Assembly: GCA_951406725.2 (NCBI GenBank)
Contig: OX597821.1
Coordinates: 38,130,001-38,194,000 of the forward strand
Source: Octopus vulgaris
Lineage: Eukaryota
Reading direction: 5' to 3'
DNA length: 64,000 bases
The notes beneath the pieces are model-generated. The model did not search any database. It had not been told where the DNA came from and saw nothing but the letters and a program-made list of their open reading frames with translations. This document shows, piece by piece, positions 53,400 to 64,000 of this stretch (the stretch's first letter is position 1; every line of letters starts with the position of its first letter). A program made the translations under genes and the position numbers.

Positions 53400-55954
53400 G
53401 AAGGCTGCTAACGATAGTTTTTCATAATAAACGGGGTCCTTTCGTTTTTTACTTCGAATATTGGATTCTAAATTTTTAAATGGAGAAATGATCTGATTTT
53501 CAGCAACTGTCATTCTAAAAATTTATTCGGCTGAAATACGAAGGCAATTACTTCCACGTTCTTAATCAGAAAATCCTTTGGAACGTGACTTTTCGCAGTG
53601 AAATACAATAAAATCAATGGGGAAATATCTTAGACCACACCGCTTTGATAGGGGACAGACTTGAAAACTAAATTCCTAAATTTTCCCGTTGAATTCCCAC
53701 ACTAAAGTGAACACCAACAGTTTCATTCTCCTTCCGAGTTTTATTTCACCAGCTATATTACAAACTGTTTTTACTGCAGTTCTTACTTTAGGTCACTTCA
53801 TTAAACATCTGAAACCGTTTTTCTACAGCCACAATTGCATTCACAGAAACATCGACAAGAAGAAGACTGTTACATCAAATTCCTACGCAACCTGGCCAGA
53901 CATCGTCACTTTGAGGCTATAATTCTTGTAATGCATTAGGGATTCATTAATTTCCAGGATCTTCTCTGTCCATATTAAACAAAGAACCACTGAGAATTCC
54001 TATTGAATTTTAACGAACAGTCACTGAAGCTTGTTCCCTGTATGTATGCTGCTTAGAGAAATACAAACGCTTTCAAGCAATCTTCCCTCCGCAATATTCT
54101 AGAACTGCAGCAGAAACGAGAGTCTTGTAGCACCTAGCAATGGGCACCCTGCTGTAGACACAACGAAATTAATCAATGAACGGAGATGTGCCTTTCTGCT
54201 GAACTCTAAGTGTTCTGTTAGTCCAGCAAAGAAATACACTTGCCACACATCGAAATGATGTGTCTGTTGTTGCTACTTCCAGTTCGGGTTGAATCTGTTC
54301 ATCCAAACCACAAAGAGCTTTTCATATATGTGGGGTTATTCAGTTCCCAGCTAACCCTGTAAAGGCATACTTTTATGGTTGTTCCGTCTTATCACTAAGT
54401 CCGTACATTGCTGCTGCCATTACTTGGAAGCCTAATCCAATTTGCTCGGAAAATTTTCTTGATGTAACGATAATCGATTTGCTAACTTTTGTCATAATCA
54501 ACAAAGGTTGCACAGCAGGCCTTCTTGTGAATTGAGAAGGCAGTCAGTAACAGTGATAATTTTCTTCTTAAACAGTTACATGACATTCGTTGCAGAAAAT
54601 AGCAAAACTTGGAAGTCTATATTCATAATTACTTCTGTGAAAACATCGCTAAGAGTGCAATTATGTAATATTTCTACTTCAACCAATCACGAATGAGAGG
54701 ACTGAAATATTTCTTACACGTTGCACGTCCAATTGAATAACTAAGTCAAGGCAAAAATCATTGATTCTCATTTTATTATGGACCAGTAATAACTCAAATT
54801 ATATATATTTTTTCTTTCAGCAACCTGCGATCATAAATATGCACTTTTATCTGCATATCTAAATATAGAAATCACTGTTTAGAAGCTTAGAAAAATGCTT
54901 CGGCAGTGAGGATTTTTGTCCAATAAATTATACAAACAAACAATTTTCTTTCTCGGAATATCTATAAAAACTCCAGAAATGTTTCTGTATTACAGTATGA
55001 ATTTGATGAATTTGTATTAATTTAGACAAGATATTAGTTCAGGTGATAAGCGTAGATATACATTCAGAAATACTTTTCTACAAATGTGCCTATCTACCCG
55101 CTGATCTACCTATCGAGACAAAAAGCATGTGTTTATCTAAACCTACCTACCTACCTACCTAACCATCTATCTCTCTTTCTGTGTGTACACACACACACAT
55201 ACATACACACATATATATATATAACAGGTATGTACAGGTGTTCTATTGTACAAGCTTCAATTCGTCTAAGAACGAAAACTTTTTCACTTAAGTGCTCATC
55301 AAGAAATGCTAAATGTAAAAATTAATTGGAACTTTGACAATAATATCGATGTGAAAGAAACATTGAAATGGAAAAATCGGAAATGATATAAACATGCATT
55401 GATATGTATATATGAGAGTAGAAGTTGCTGAACCTGTAGCGTAGTTGATGCATTCATTCGACCTGAGAGAGATACTGGGGGAGCTTTTTCTTTCTGGAAA
55501 TATAATAATTTTATTTAAATGTATATGTGTACGTGTGTCTCTCATTCTTTCTCTTTGTCTGTCTGCCCCCGCCCTCCCTCTCTCTCTCTCGATACACACA
55601 CACAGAGTCACTTTCGTTCAGATATGTATACTTTAATGATGATTATGGTTCTTGAGAACGAAACAACTGTTAAAAGAAAAGCAGTCGTGTCCGCCTTTTC
55701 CTGTCACACAAAAGGAAGAAATTCCTTTCCACATCAGTGACCTGACAATAATATCAGATCTTTTATAAGGTAACGCTCAAAATGGCCACAAGGAAAATGG
55801 AAAATATCTTGTTATTAAATAATGTCTCTTCATATTAAAATATGTGTAAAATGTTGTGTGATATTGATAATGTGTGACCATTGAATTTAACAATTGAAAT
55901 AATACTTTCAGTTTTGATTTTAATCTAATCCCGATACAATTTCCTTTCTTTCAG

Positions 55955-56090
55955 TGCCGGGGTTGGACGCACCGGAACATATATAGCGATCGATGCTCAA
56001 TTAGAGCAAGCCCGCGAGGAAGGAATTGTTGATGTGCATAATTTTGTACAGCATATGAGACGACAGAGGGTCAACATGGTGCAGACTTTG
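55955..56090 (+). CDS. PTP catalytic-domain exon D (P-loop, start of Q-loop)
   Basis: Acceptor ctttcag, donor gtaagt, 136 bp. Completes [10 protein letters not shown], then [38 protein letters not shown]. Phase matches exon C. Confidence 0.97.
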
Positions 56091-57221
56091 GTAAGTGAAA
56101 GGAAATACTTGCATCTTCAGATCTCTTTCAGGACTAGTTTGTGTACCGTTATACTTTTGGCTGGTTGTATACACGTGACAACACTAAATACGCAGTTTTA
56201 GATAATTTTTGACTGTTTGAAATCTAAACTGTAATGCAGAGCCAGTTTAGAATCGATTTTCAGAAATTTTCCTATTCCGAAATTCCATAGTCTGGAACTA
56301 AACCTCCATCTTCTTAAAAGATTGATTCTCAGGAAACCTTCGTTTTCTACGCTATGAAAATAACTGACTGAGTCCTATCCTAAATTTCAGCAAACATTCC
56401 CGCACAACTCTAATCAGGGAAAATGCAGTTACATATTCCATTAAAAATATCTAATTGTAGTTTACCTGAAGAATTATGTTATTTCAAATTAAATGTTTTG
56501 TGATGAGTTCAAAAATGTTCAATTAATTTTGAATTTTAATGTATCTCTGCCTCTGATTAATTAGGAATAAAAGAACTACAAAACAAACAGACACGACAAA
56601 GATATAATTTTAGTCAAGTGAAATTAGTGGCATGTTAGCTTCGATACACTTTATCAACTCTACATCTCTATAAATGATCTTAAGAAAGTAATTTGAAAGG
56701 ATAACTTCAAACTCACGTATTCGTTTAGAATTATCAGATGTGTTGGGTGTTGAAAAACTAATACATCGAAATTTGATACCATTTACTAAGTGTTAAACAG
56801 ATTCAGATAAAGTTGATACACTTTTTCATTGTATTTGTGAATCATTTTATACAAATACAAGGAAACCTCAATCTATTAAAAAAAAAAGAAACTCCTTAAA
56901 TTACTAATTTTTTTTTACTCTGTTAGTGTACTTTAAATATATTTTATGAAGAATTTTTTTTACATTATTTCGTAAGATCATAGCACACCTGATTTACATC
57001 GATGATTTACAGGGATTCATAGATAAAGGTTATAATAAAAAAATTTTTTCTAAGCTCTAACCAAGTTTACTTGATTCCTTTATTGAATAAAGCTGTTCAT
57101 TCATTCCAGTATAGAATAGCACAGCGGCAACAGATTTTTGTACACTAATATTTCAAGAGTTAGAAATAGTTTAAGATATATTTTATAATATATTAGTGAA
57201 GTTACACTACCTTTGGATAAA

Positions 57222-57255
<34 letters not shown>

Positions 57256-57831
57256 GATTGAATGTACGTACCTTGTGCGTAAAAGAAGATATCCAAATCT
57301 GTGAGCCACTCAGTTCTGCTTGCTACAGTTTTTATCGTGTTTGTTCATTGCAGCAAAAGTAAAATACCTATTTTTCTATTTTTCAATAAAAATAAATTAC
57401 TCATCAGATTACCGGGACCATAAACCACAACTATTTAGCTTTTGAGTAAAGCACGTCCGTCAGTCTAATATATTTAAGAAATATTGATAAAGACGCGCAT
57501 TTCTTTCTAAAAACGCGAACAGAAAAAATGGTTATTGAACGTAGAAACTACTACGTTTAGGGTACTGATGAGCAAACATCATGGCTTCAGTTTTTGCAAA
57601 GTAAAAGCATCGAGCAAACTCGTGAATCTACTGCTAGTACAATCATATTGGTATCCTCTCAAAATCCCTGGGGCCCTGAATAAATTGCATCTGCATGTTG
57701 TAATGTGTATATATATAGTAGTAACAGAAAAGCAGGAATTTTGATTATCCCCACGTGGTGAGTTGAAATATATATAAAAGAAATTTTAAAATGCAAAACA
57801 CACTTTACATAGTTTTAATATAATTTTGAGT

Positions 57832-57866
57832 ATATCGACCGGTTTCGCTTTCGCTATTCATGATAT
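57832..57866 (-). ncRNA. Minimal type I hammerhead, A3-U8 covariant core
   Basis: Minus strand: AUAUC AUGAAUA GC gaaa GC GAAA CCG GUC GAUAU; 5-bp stem I, GAAA-capped stem II, palindromic ACCGGU. Confidence 0.75.
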
Positions 57867-58139
57867 TACGGTTTACTTATTTGAATATGTATTTTCTTAA
57901 GAAGAAATTTTTGTACATGTTGCGTGTGATGATATTTACGAGTGAATGACTGACGTCACAAGTAGAAAAGTAAGGGGACGTAATTGTTATCATTGTTATT
58001 GTTGTGGGCAAGGGAGATAACTGTTCAACTTTCGGTAAGGGGAGGGGAATATATATATATATGTGTGTGTATGTATATATATATATGTATGTATGTATAT
58101 GTGTATGTATATATATATATGTTTGTACATATATATATG

Positions 58140-58171
<32 letters not shown>

Positions 58172-58283
58172 TATATAAGTATATATATGTATATATGTAT
58201 ATATATATGTATATATATATATAAGTATATATATATATATATGTATATATATAAGTATATATATATGTATATGTATATATATT

Positions 58284-58802
58284 CATATCTGGCAAACGGA
58301 AGATGGAATACACGAGAATTTCTTATTAATCACAATTGTTTCGACCCATCTAGCATCGATTCCCCATGGGTGGGACACTTAACAACTGGTCCAGAGGCAC
58401 CCGGCCGTGCAGATGTATCTCGTCGGGTAATAAATAAATACAACTCGTTAAAATGACTATTCCGCAAAGTAACTTTCCGTTTTATAGAAATAATAGCAGC
58501 CAGACGGTTGAAATATCTTCATTTATATAGATTAAAAATAAAATCACACATGGCAAAAACAGAACCGAACATACAACCCAACGATGAAAGTATTAAAAAT
58601 AACGGTTAACAAATAAGGATGTTTGAACCCCCTCGGGCAAGCTGCATGATGCGAGTACACTCACTCATACAAGCATCCACAAAAATGTGAGTATACGCAC
58701 ACGTGAGGTTTGGTGCACTCATGAGGAATCGATACTAGATGTGTCGAAATAATTGTCGTGATTAATAATAAATTCTCGTCTGTCTTTTATTTGCCATATA
58801 TG
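58284..58802. repeat. Diverged ~88-bp inverted repeat (58284-58372 and 58716-58802) with hammerhead-like 3' half
   Basis: Both arms read ggaatcgat(g/a)ctagatg(g/t)gtcGAAA(c/t)aattgt...attaataa.aaattctcgt. Confidence 0.75.
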
Positions 58803-58851
58803 TAAAGATCACTGTGAAAGTGACCGTGCTTTACCAGGTGTAGGCCATTCG

Positions 58852-58887
<36 letters not shown>

Positions 58888-59524
58888 CTATGTGTGTGTG
58901 TGTGAATGGCAAGATCCTTCCAGAAATATCAGTAACAAAATTATTCATTGTTAAGAAGCATCATCGAAGTTATCTCCAGTTTATGGAGAATAATATAACA
59001 ATGATTATACAATGAAGAGCTAAATACCTACCTACCTACCCTACCTACTCTACCTACGCACACACACACACACATAGTTACACACATATATTTATTTATG
59101 GTTTGCTGTTGCGTGATGGTAAGATCAACAAAAAATTACTCCATCCTGTGAAAGATAAATATTTAATGTACACAGTACAAAGATACGAGCTGCTTGAAGA
59201 CGCAGGTCCAAGGTGATTTCAATAGTACACCTCGTTACTTCAAGCAATCTGTGTGCTCTGAGCACGTGGTATATTCGATTTACGAACCGGGACGCTGGTA
59301 CAAGAGAAATCACGAGAGAAAACGAGAAGTTGGATTCAAAAAGTGGAAGTGTTGCTTCTCATTTTTACTCCTGATTTTTCTTGTACCAGATTCCTGATTT
59401 CAAAATAAAACAGACCATGTGCTCAGAGCCCACAGAGGGCTTGGAGACACAAACCGTGTTATAAAATCTTGCCTAGCTCCGCGTTTCCAAAACAAAAGCT
59501 ATCAGTGTATATATAATTTATATG

Positions 59525-59915
59525 TTACTGGTTTCAGTCATTGGACTGCAACCATGCTGGGGCACCGCCTTGAAGAATTTTAGTCGAACTAATTGATCCC
59601 AGCACTAATTTTCATTTAAGGCCTGTACTTATTCTATCAGTTTGTTTTGACGAACAGCTAATTTACGGGGACGTAAACACACCAACACCGGTTGTGAAGC
59701 GGTGAGGGGGACACGCACAGAAACAAGAACATGCATACACACACACATATATATGTATATGACGGACTTCTTTCCGTTTTCGCCTAACAAATAAATCCAC
59801 TCACAAGTCATTTCGGCTCGAGGCTATAGCAAAAGGCATTTGCCTAAAGTGCCACGCAGTGGGACTGAACCCGCGACCATGTGGTTGGGAAGCAAACTTC
59901 TTACCACACAGACAC
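59525..59915 (-). mobile_element. SINE family B, diverged
   Basis: Reverse-complement similarity to 40159-40565. Confidence 0.85.
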
Positions 59916-60555
59916 ACTTTCTCCCGTGGAAGAAATGTACCAAATTGTCTCTTCTAAATTTACTCTTATAAACACTTGACAGGAACAGGCTATGAGATGT
60001 TCACACTGGATAAAATATGCGCTTAAACAATTTAAAGAAACATAACTTACCATCTATAGTGATTATACTAATTAAAATAATGATTATGACAATAAATGAT
60101 ATTTATGCAAATAATACTAATAAATATAATTATAATAATAACAATTTTATTAATTGAGGGTATAAACCCAAAATATGCGCAATTCCTCTGAGTTAATAAT
60201 TTACTTCATAGAGTAAAATGTAAATAAAACAATTAATTGTAAAAAAAATAAAGATTTTCAAACGACGATTCAACTTTAATACCAGTAGAGGGGATTAGAA
60301 GATCAGAATTCAATTTGATTTAAAACGCTAACACCTTCAACTGAATACGAACGCAGGAAGCTTGTTTGAATTAGTTCACTTTGAAAACGTCGTTAGTGAT
60401 GGAACGTTGATGACTCGCATGCATAATTGCATACAGAGCAATGTGCAGTTGCTGCAGTAGAACTATGTGCTGGTCATTGGTATGTATGGTGTAGAAAACT
60501 TTTTAATAAAAAAAAGTTTTGGATGTGAATAAATCTCTACTTTCCTCTTGGTTTT

Positions 60556-60612
<57 letters not shown>

Positions 60613-61749
60613 CATAATGTAAGTTATCTATATGATATTAAAATATGATGTAGGAAAGTTTAATAAATGTTTTGTTATGAAACTAAATGCATTCTGATGA
60701 AGTTGAACTGTAATTAATATTTCTATTCTTTTATTTAAAGTATTGTCAAAATGAATTGAAAAGAATAATAAAAATAGAATAATTTTTAAACAAGACAATG
60801 AATTATCGAGAGAGGATTCCAGTAAGAGGGTGAAAGGGAGAGAGAGGGATAGATAGGAAAGGAAAGAAAGAGAGAGGTAGAAATATGGGAAAATAGAAAA
60901 ACATAATGATTTAATCTGTGTTTTTAAAGACGTCGAGCAAATGTCTGTTGTTTAAAAGAGGTTTACAAGTAGGGAAAGATGGAAGAGAATAGACTGTAAA
61001 AAGAAGCCCATGTTTGACTGAATCATATGACGAATAATAGAGGAAGACATTTGACCGATATTAGAGGAACTGTAATTGGAAAACAATAATCAGAGAGTGA
61101 AAATGATTAAAAATAAAATTGTAAATTATGAAATCAAACTGAAGGAAATGAGGTGAAAAACTTTTGTGGTGACCCAAGTTTAAAAGAGTTTTCTGTACGT
61201 TAAAGCGATTAGATAAATCATTGTAACTACTTATTAAAAAAGATCTACACATATATTAAGACAAAAGGATAGAACTTTTGTTTCTCTTTTCACTGTATTA
61301 GGGCGATTATTTAAACAACTATGAGTGTTAGCTTTAAATAACTCGCACACATACCTATATCTACCCCCACCCATACACACATACACACACACACGGAGGG
61401 GAAGAGAGAGTGTATTGTCTTTGAAGCGAGGCACTTGTGTACTAAAATGAATGTATTTCTATGCAGCATTAACTAAATCTATGTTGGAATGGTGGTACAG
61501 AGTTATCGATTTGTTGTGCGCGCAAACAAGTGTGCGTGCGTGGGTAAGGTAATTTTGATATTTTTGCAAAAAATACATACGTATAGCTGTTTAATTCCAT
61601 TGACATCCATATATCTCTACACACACATATATAGGTGCGCACGCATACATACACTGGTGCAAAAATGCCTGACGTGTGTATGCGCGTTCTTATGTATGTT
61701 TCGGTCTCGATGTGTGCTTGTATGTATTAGTGCAGAATTCAGATGCTCA

Positions 61750-61835
<86 letters not shown>

Positions 61836-63374
61836 CCTACCTACCTACCTATAAGTATACATACATAGATATATGCACATAAACATTCGTCTCTGTGTGC
61901 ATGTATAAATATATATACATACACAGAGACATATATGTATATTAGGTGTGTATATATATATACATATACATATATACACATGCATAAATATATATATACA
62001 TACATACATATATACATGCACACACACACACACATATATATATATACACACCACACACGCGCGCACATACATGCTATTCTTCACGCCAGGAATCAAATCT
62101 ATCCACTCGCACACATTACGTATGACAAAGGTGTGTGCGTGGTGGGGACTTTGATGTATTTCGGAAAAGTTATTCCTGACATTTCCTTTGACATAAATCC
62201 GACAATTTTTTTCGTTTGCTTTTTCAGTTAATAGCTTCGAGTCGAGTGGCAGTGATGCTGCCTCCCTCCATTAAACACCACCAATCGCAAAGAAAGTAAA
62301 AAGGAACATCTAACTAAAATTAAGTTACACAAAATTTAAAAGACAAAACAATATATATTAAAATTTTATTTTCATTGTAAGATGTCTTAAAAAGGATTAA
62401 ACATATTTTGACATGTAGGCATTGCAGAAGAAACTAGAGAATAATAAACAAAAAAAAACGACATTGGAAAATAATGAAGAAAGGGCGATGACGAAGGAGA
62501 GAGAAAGGAAGAAGGAATGAATCAATAAATGAATGGCGAAAGAAAGAAAGACGTACAGTGAAGAAAATCTGACTGGCGTCTCTAGATTTTGGGTGGGTGG
62601 GAGCATATTACCCAGCTAACCAGTCAAGCGTAGATAATAACCCATTCAGGTTGAAACTATTAAGTATTATAATGAACTTTTGGCAAAGACTTTTGACTTT
62701 CCTTGTTCAATATTGAGAGTCTGATGAGTGGCCGTGCGGCAGAAGCAGTGGAACAAAACGTTAAATGCCTTACTTTACCATTTCTAATCTCACCAAGGTC
62801 ACTTTGTCATCTCTAGTTTCGATTAAAATGTAGCAATAACTTACTAACGACGAGTCAATCGATTATATCAACAGACATAATCAAAAATGGTATACAAAAG
62901 TTGGCAAAAACGTTATGGTTCTGTCGTAGCAGACAATAGTTTGCAAAAAATGTATGGTTCTCTTTTCTAACTTTGAGAATTACAGGAAACGAAAATAAAT
63001 CAATGTGGACATCACACCACTAAACTGATCTACAAACTAGAATATTTTCTATATTAGGGTGTACAAAAGCCCCGGCCGCAGCCCACAGCATGTTATCTTT
63101 TTTAAAGTTTTCAATTTTTATTTGTGGGTTATTGAGGAATTGATAGCTTCTAGACAGCCTTTTGCGTCACCACTTTAAATTCTTGTTTACATAAACGTTT
63201 GCTAGTAAAGCAAATGGGATATTTCCATGCCAAATGTGTTACAACATACAATATCTACCCTCTCTCTCTCTCTCTCTCTCTGTATATATATATATAAGTT
63301 CAGCAATATTTAGATTCAAGTGAAGATATTCTTGTTGCTTACTTTTAATATATATATATATATATATACATATG

Positions 63375-63779
63375 TTAAAATAGTGGTACATTTAAACACA
63401 AAAGAAAAATTATCCTTTAACAGGTAACTTTTTACATGCTAGAAATAGCAGCCAACACGGCCAAAACCACGATTTAATAGCAATTTTCGAAGTAATTGAA
63501 AAATGAAAGCTTTTACCTTGTTATTTATTATCGGTTATACCATGGTTTCGAAATTTCTTTAGCAAACAACATTATTTGCCATTCTTTGATAGTTAAATTA
63601 TCAAAATAATATAATTGCGAGGCGAATTTCTCGTCAGTAACCGGCCTCAATAACTAACTTATAATTCTGAGACAAGAACATGTGTCCCGTCATTATATGT
63701 TGGCTGCTATTTCTAGCATGTAAAAAATTACCTGTTAAAGGATTATTTTTCTTTTGTGTTTAAATGTACACTATTTTAA
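63375..63779. repeat. ~83-bp inverted repeats (63375-63457 and 63698-63779) flanking the hammerhead
   Basis: ttaaaatag...agcagccaaca versus tgttggctgct...ctattttaa, with few mismatches. Confidence 0.9.
63532..63643 (-). ncRNA. Type I hammerhead ribozyme with a large structured loop II
   Basis: Minus strand: CGGUUA CUGACGA GAAAUU [69 nt, two hairpins] AAUUUC GAAA CCAUGG UA UAACCG; palindromic ACCAUGGU. Confidence 0.88.
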
Positions 63780-63873
63780 AATAGGAATATGTTGTCTATT
63801 AACTATTTATACATGTTAGGCCACTGGTAGTGATATTTATGACGAATATTAGCTACCCTATATATGTATCTTA

Positions 63874-63947
<74 letters not shown>

Positions 63948-64000
63948 GTGTGTGCGATGTTTTTGAAAAGCAGTGCCGAATTTTACAATTCTGCAAATAA

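Noticed and set aside
55630-55676. ATGATTA..gttc ttga gaac GAAA caactgtta
   Set aside because: Needs insertions on both sides of the core and stem I is offset; probably chance.
57370-57600. CTGATGA motifs at ~57401 (-) and ~57566 (+)
   Set aside because: No paired stem II closing onto GAAA and no stem III or cleavage triplet.
62720-62750. CTGATGA followed by a GC-rich stretch
   Set aside because: Followed by GAAG rather than GAAA, with no stem I or III.
56091-64000. Next PTP exon (expected xQYxF motif); also the preceding YIAxQ exon in 1-5767
   Set aside because: No matching exon with splice sites found by eye; probably outside the window, though a small exon could have been missed.

Overview
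AT-rich eukaryotic DNA, dense in microsatellites and SINEs. The SINE families look like those of Octopus (inferred from recognition, not from a search). The window is mostly intron of one plus-strand receptor-type protein tyrosine phosphatase gene. Four small exons (98, 120, 149, 136 bp) splice in frame into an intact catalytic domain containing [24 protein letters not shown] and MVQT. Almost all ORFs in the supplied track are microsatellite artefacts. The introns hold tRNA-derived SINEs, decayed Tc1/mariner, LINE and Penelope-like remnants, and a Helitron-like element. The main finding is a non-coding, retrozyme-like locus at 14055-15773. It has four tandem 352-353 bp units plus one inverted, circularly permuted unit, and each unit carries a type I hammerhead ribozyme with a palindromic stem III. 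The array sits in (TA)n and is flanked by a ~455 bp inverted duplication. Several unrelated hammerheads occur elsewhere (12451/13233, 63532, 57832 with an A3-U8 core, 10913, and degenerate ones). Nearly all are followed 3' by a short tail running into (TA)n and many lie in inverted-repeat structures, which suggests Penelope-type mobilisation. All ribozyme calls are from manual motif and pairing inspection; activity is untested.
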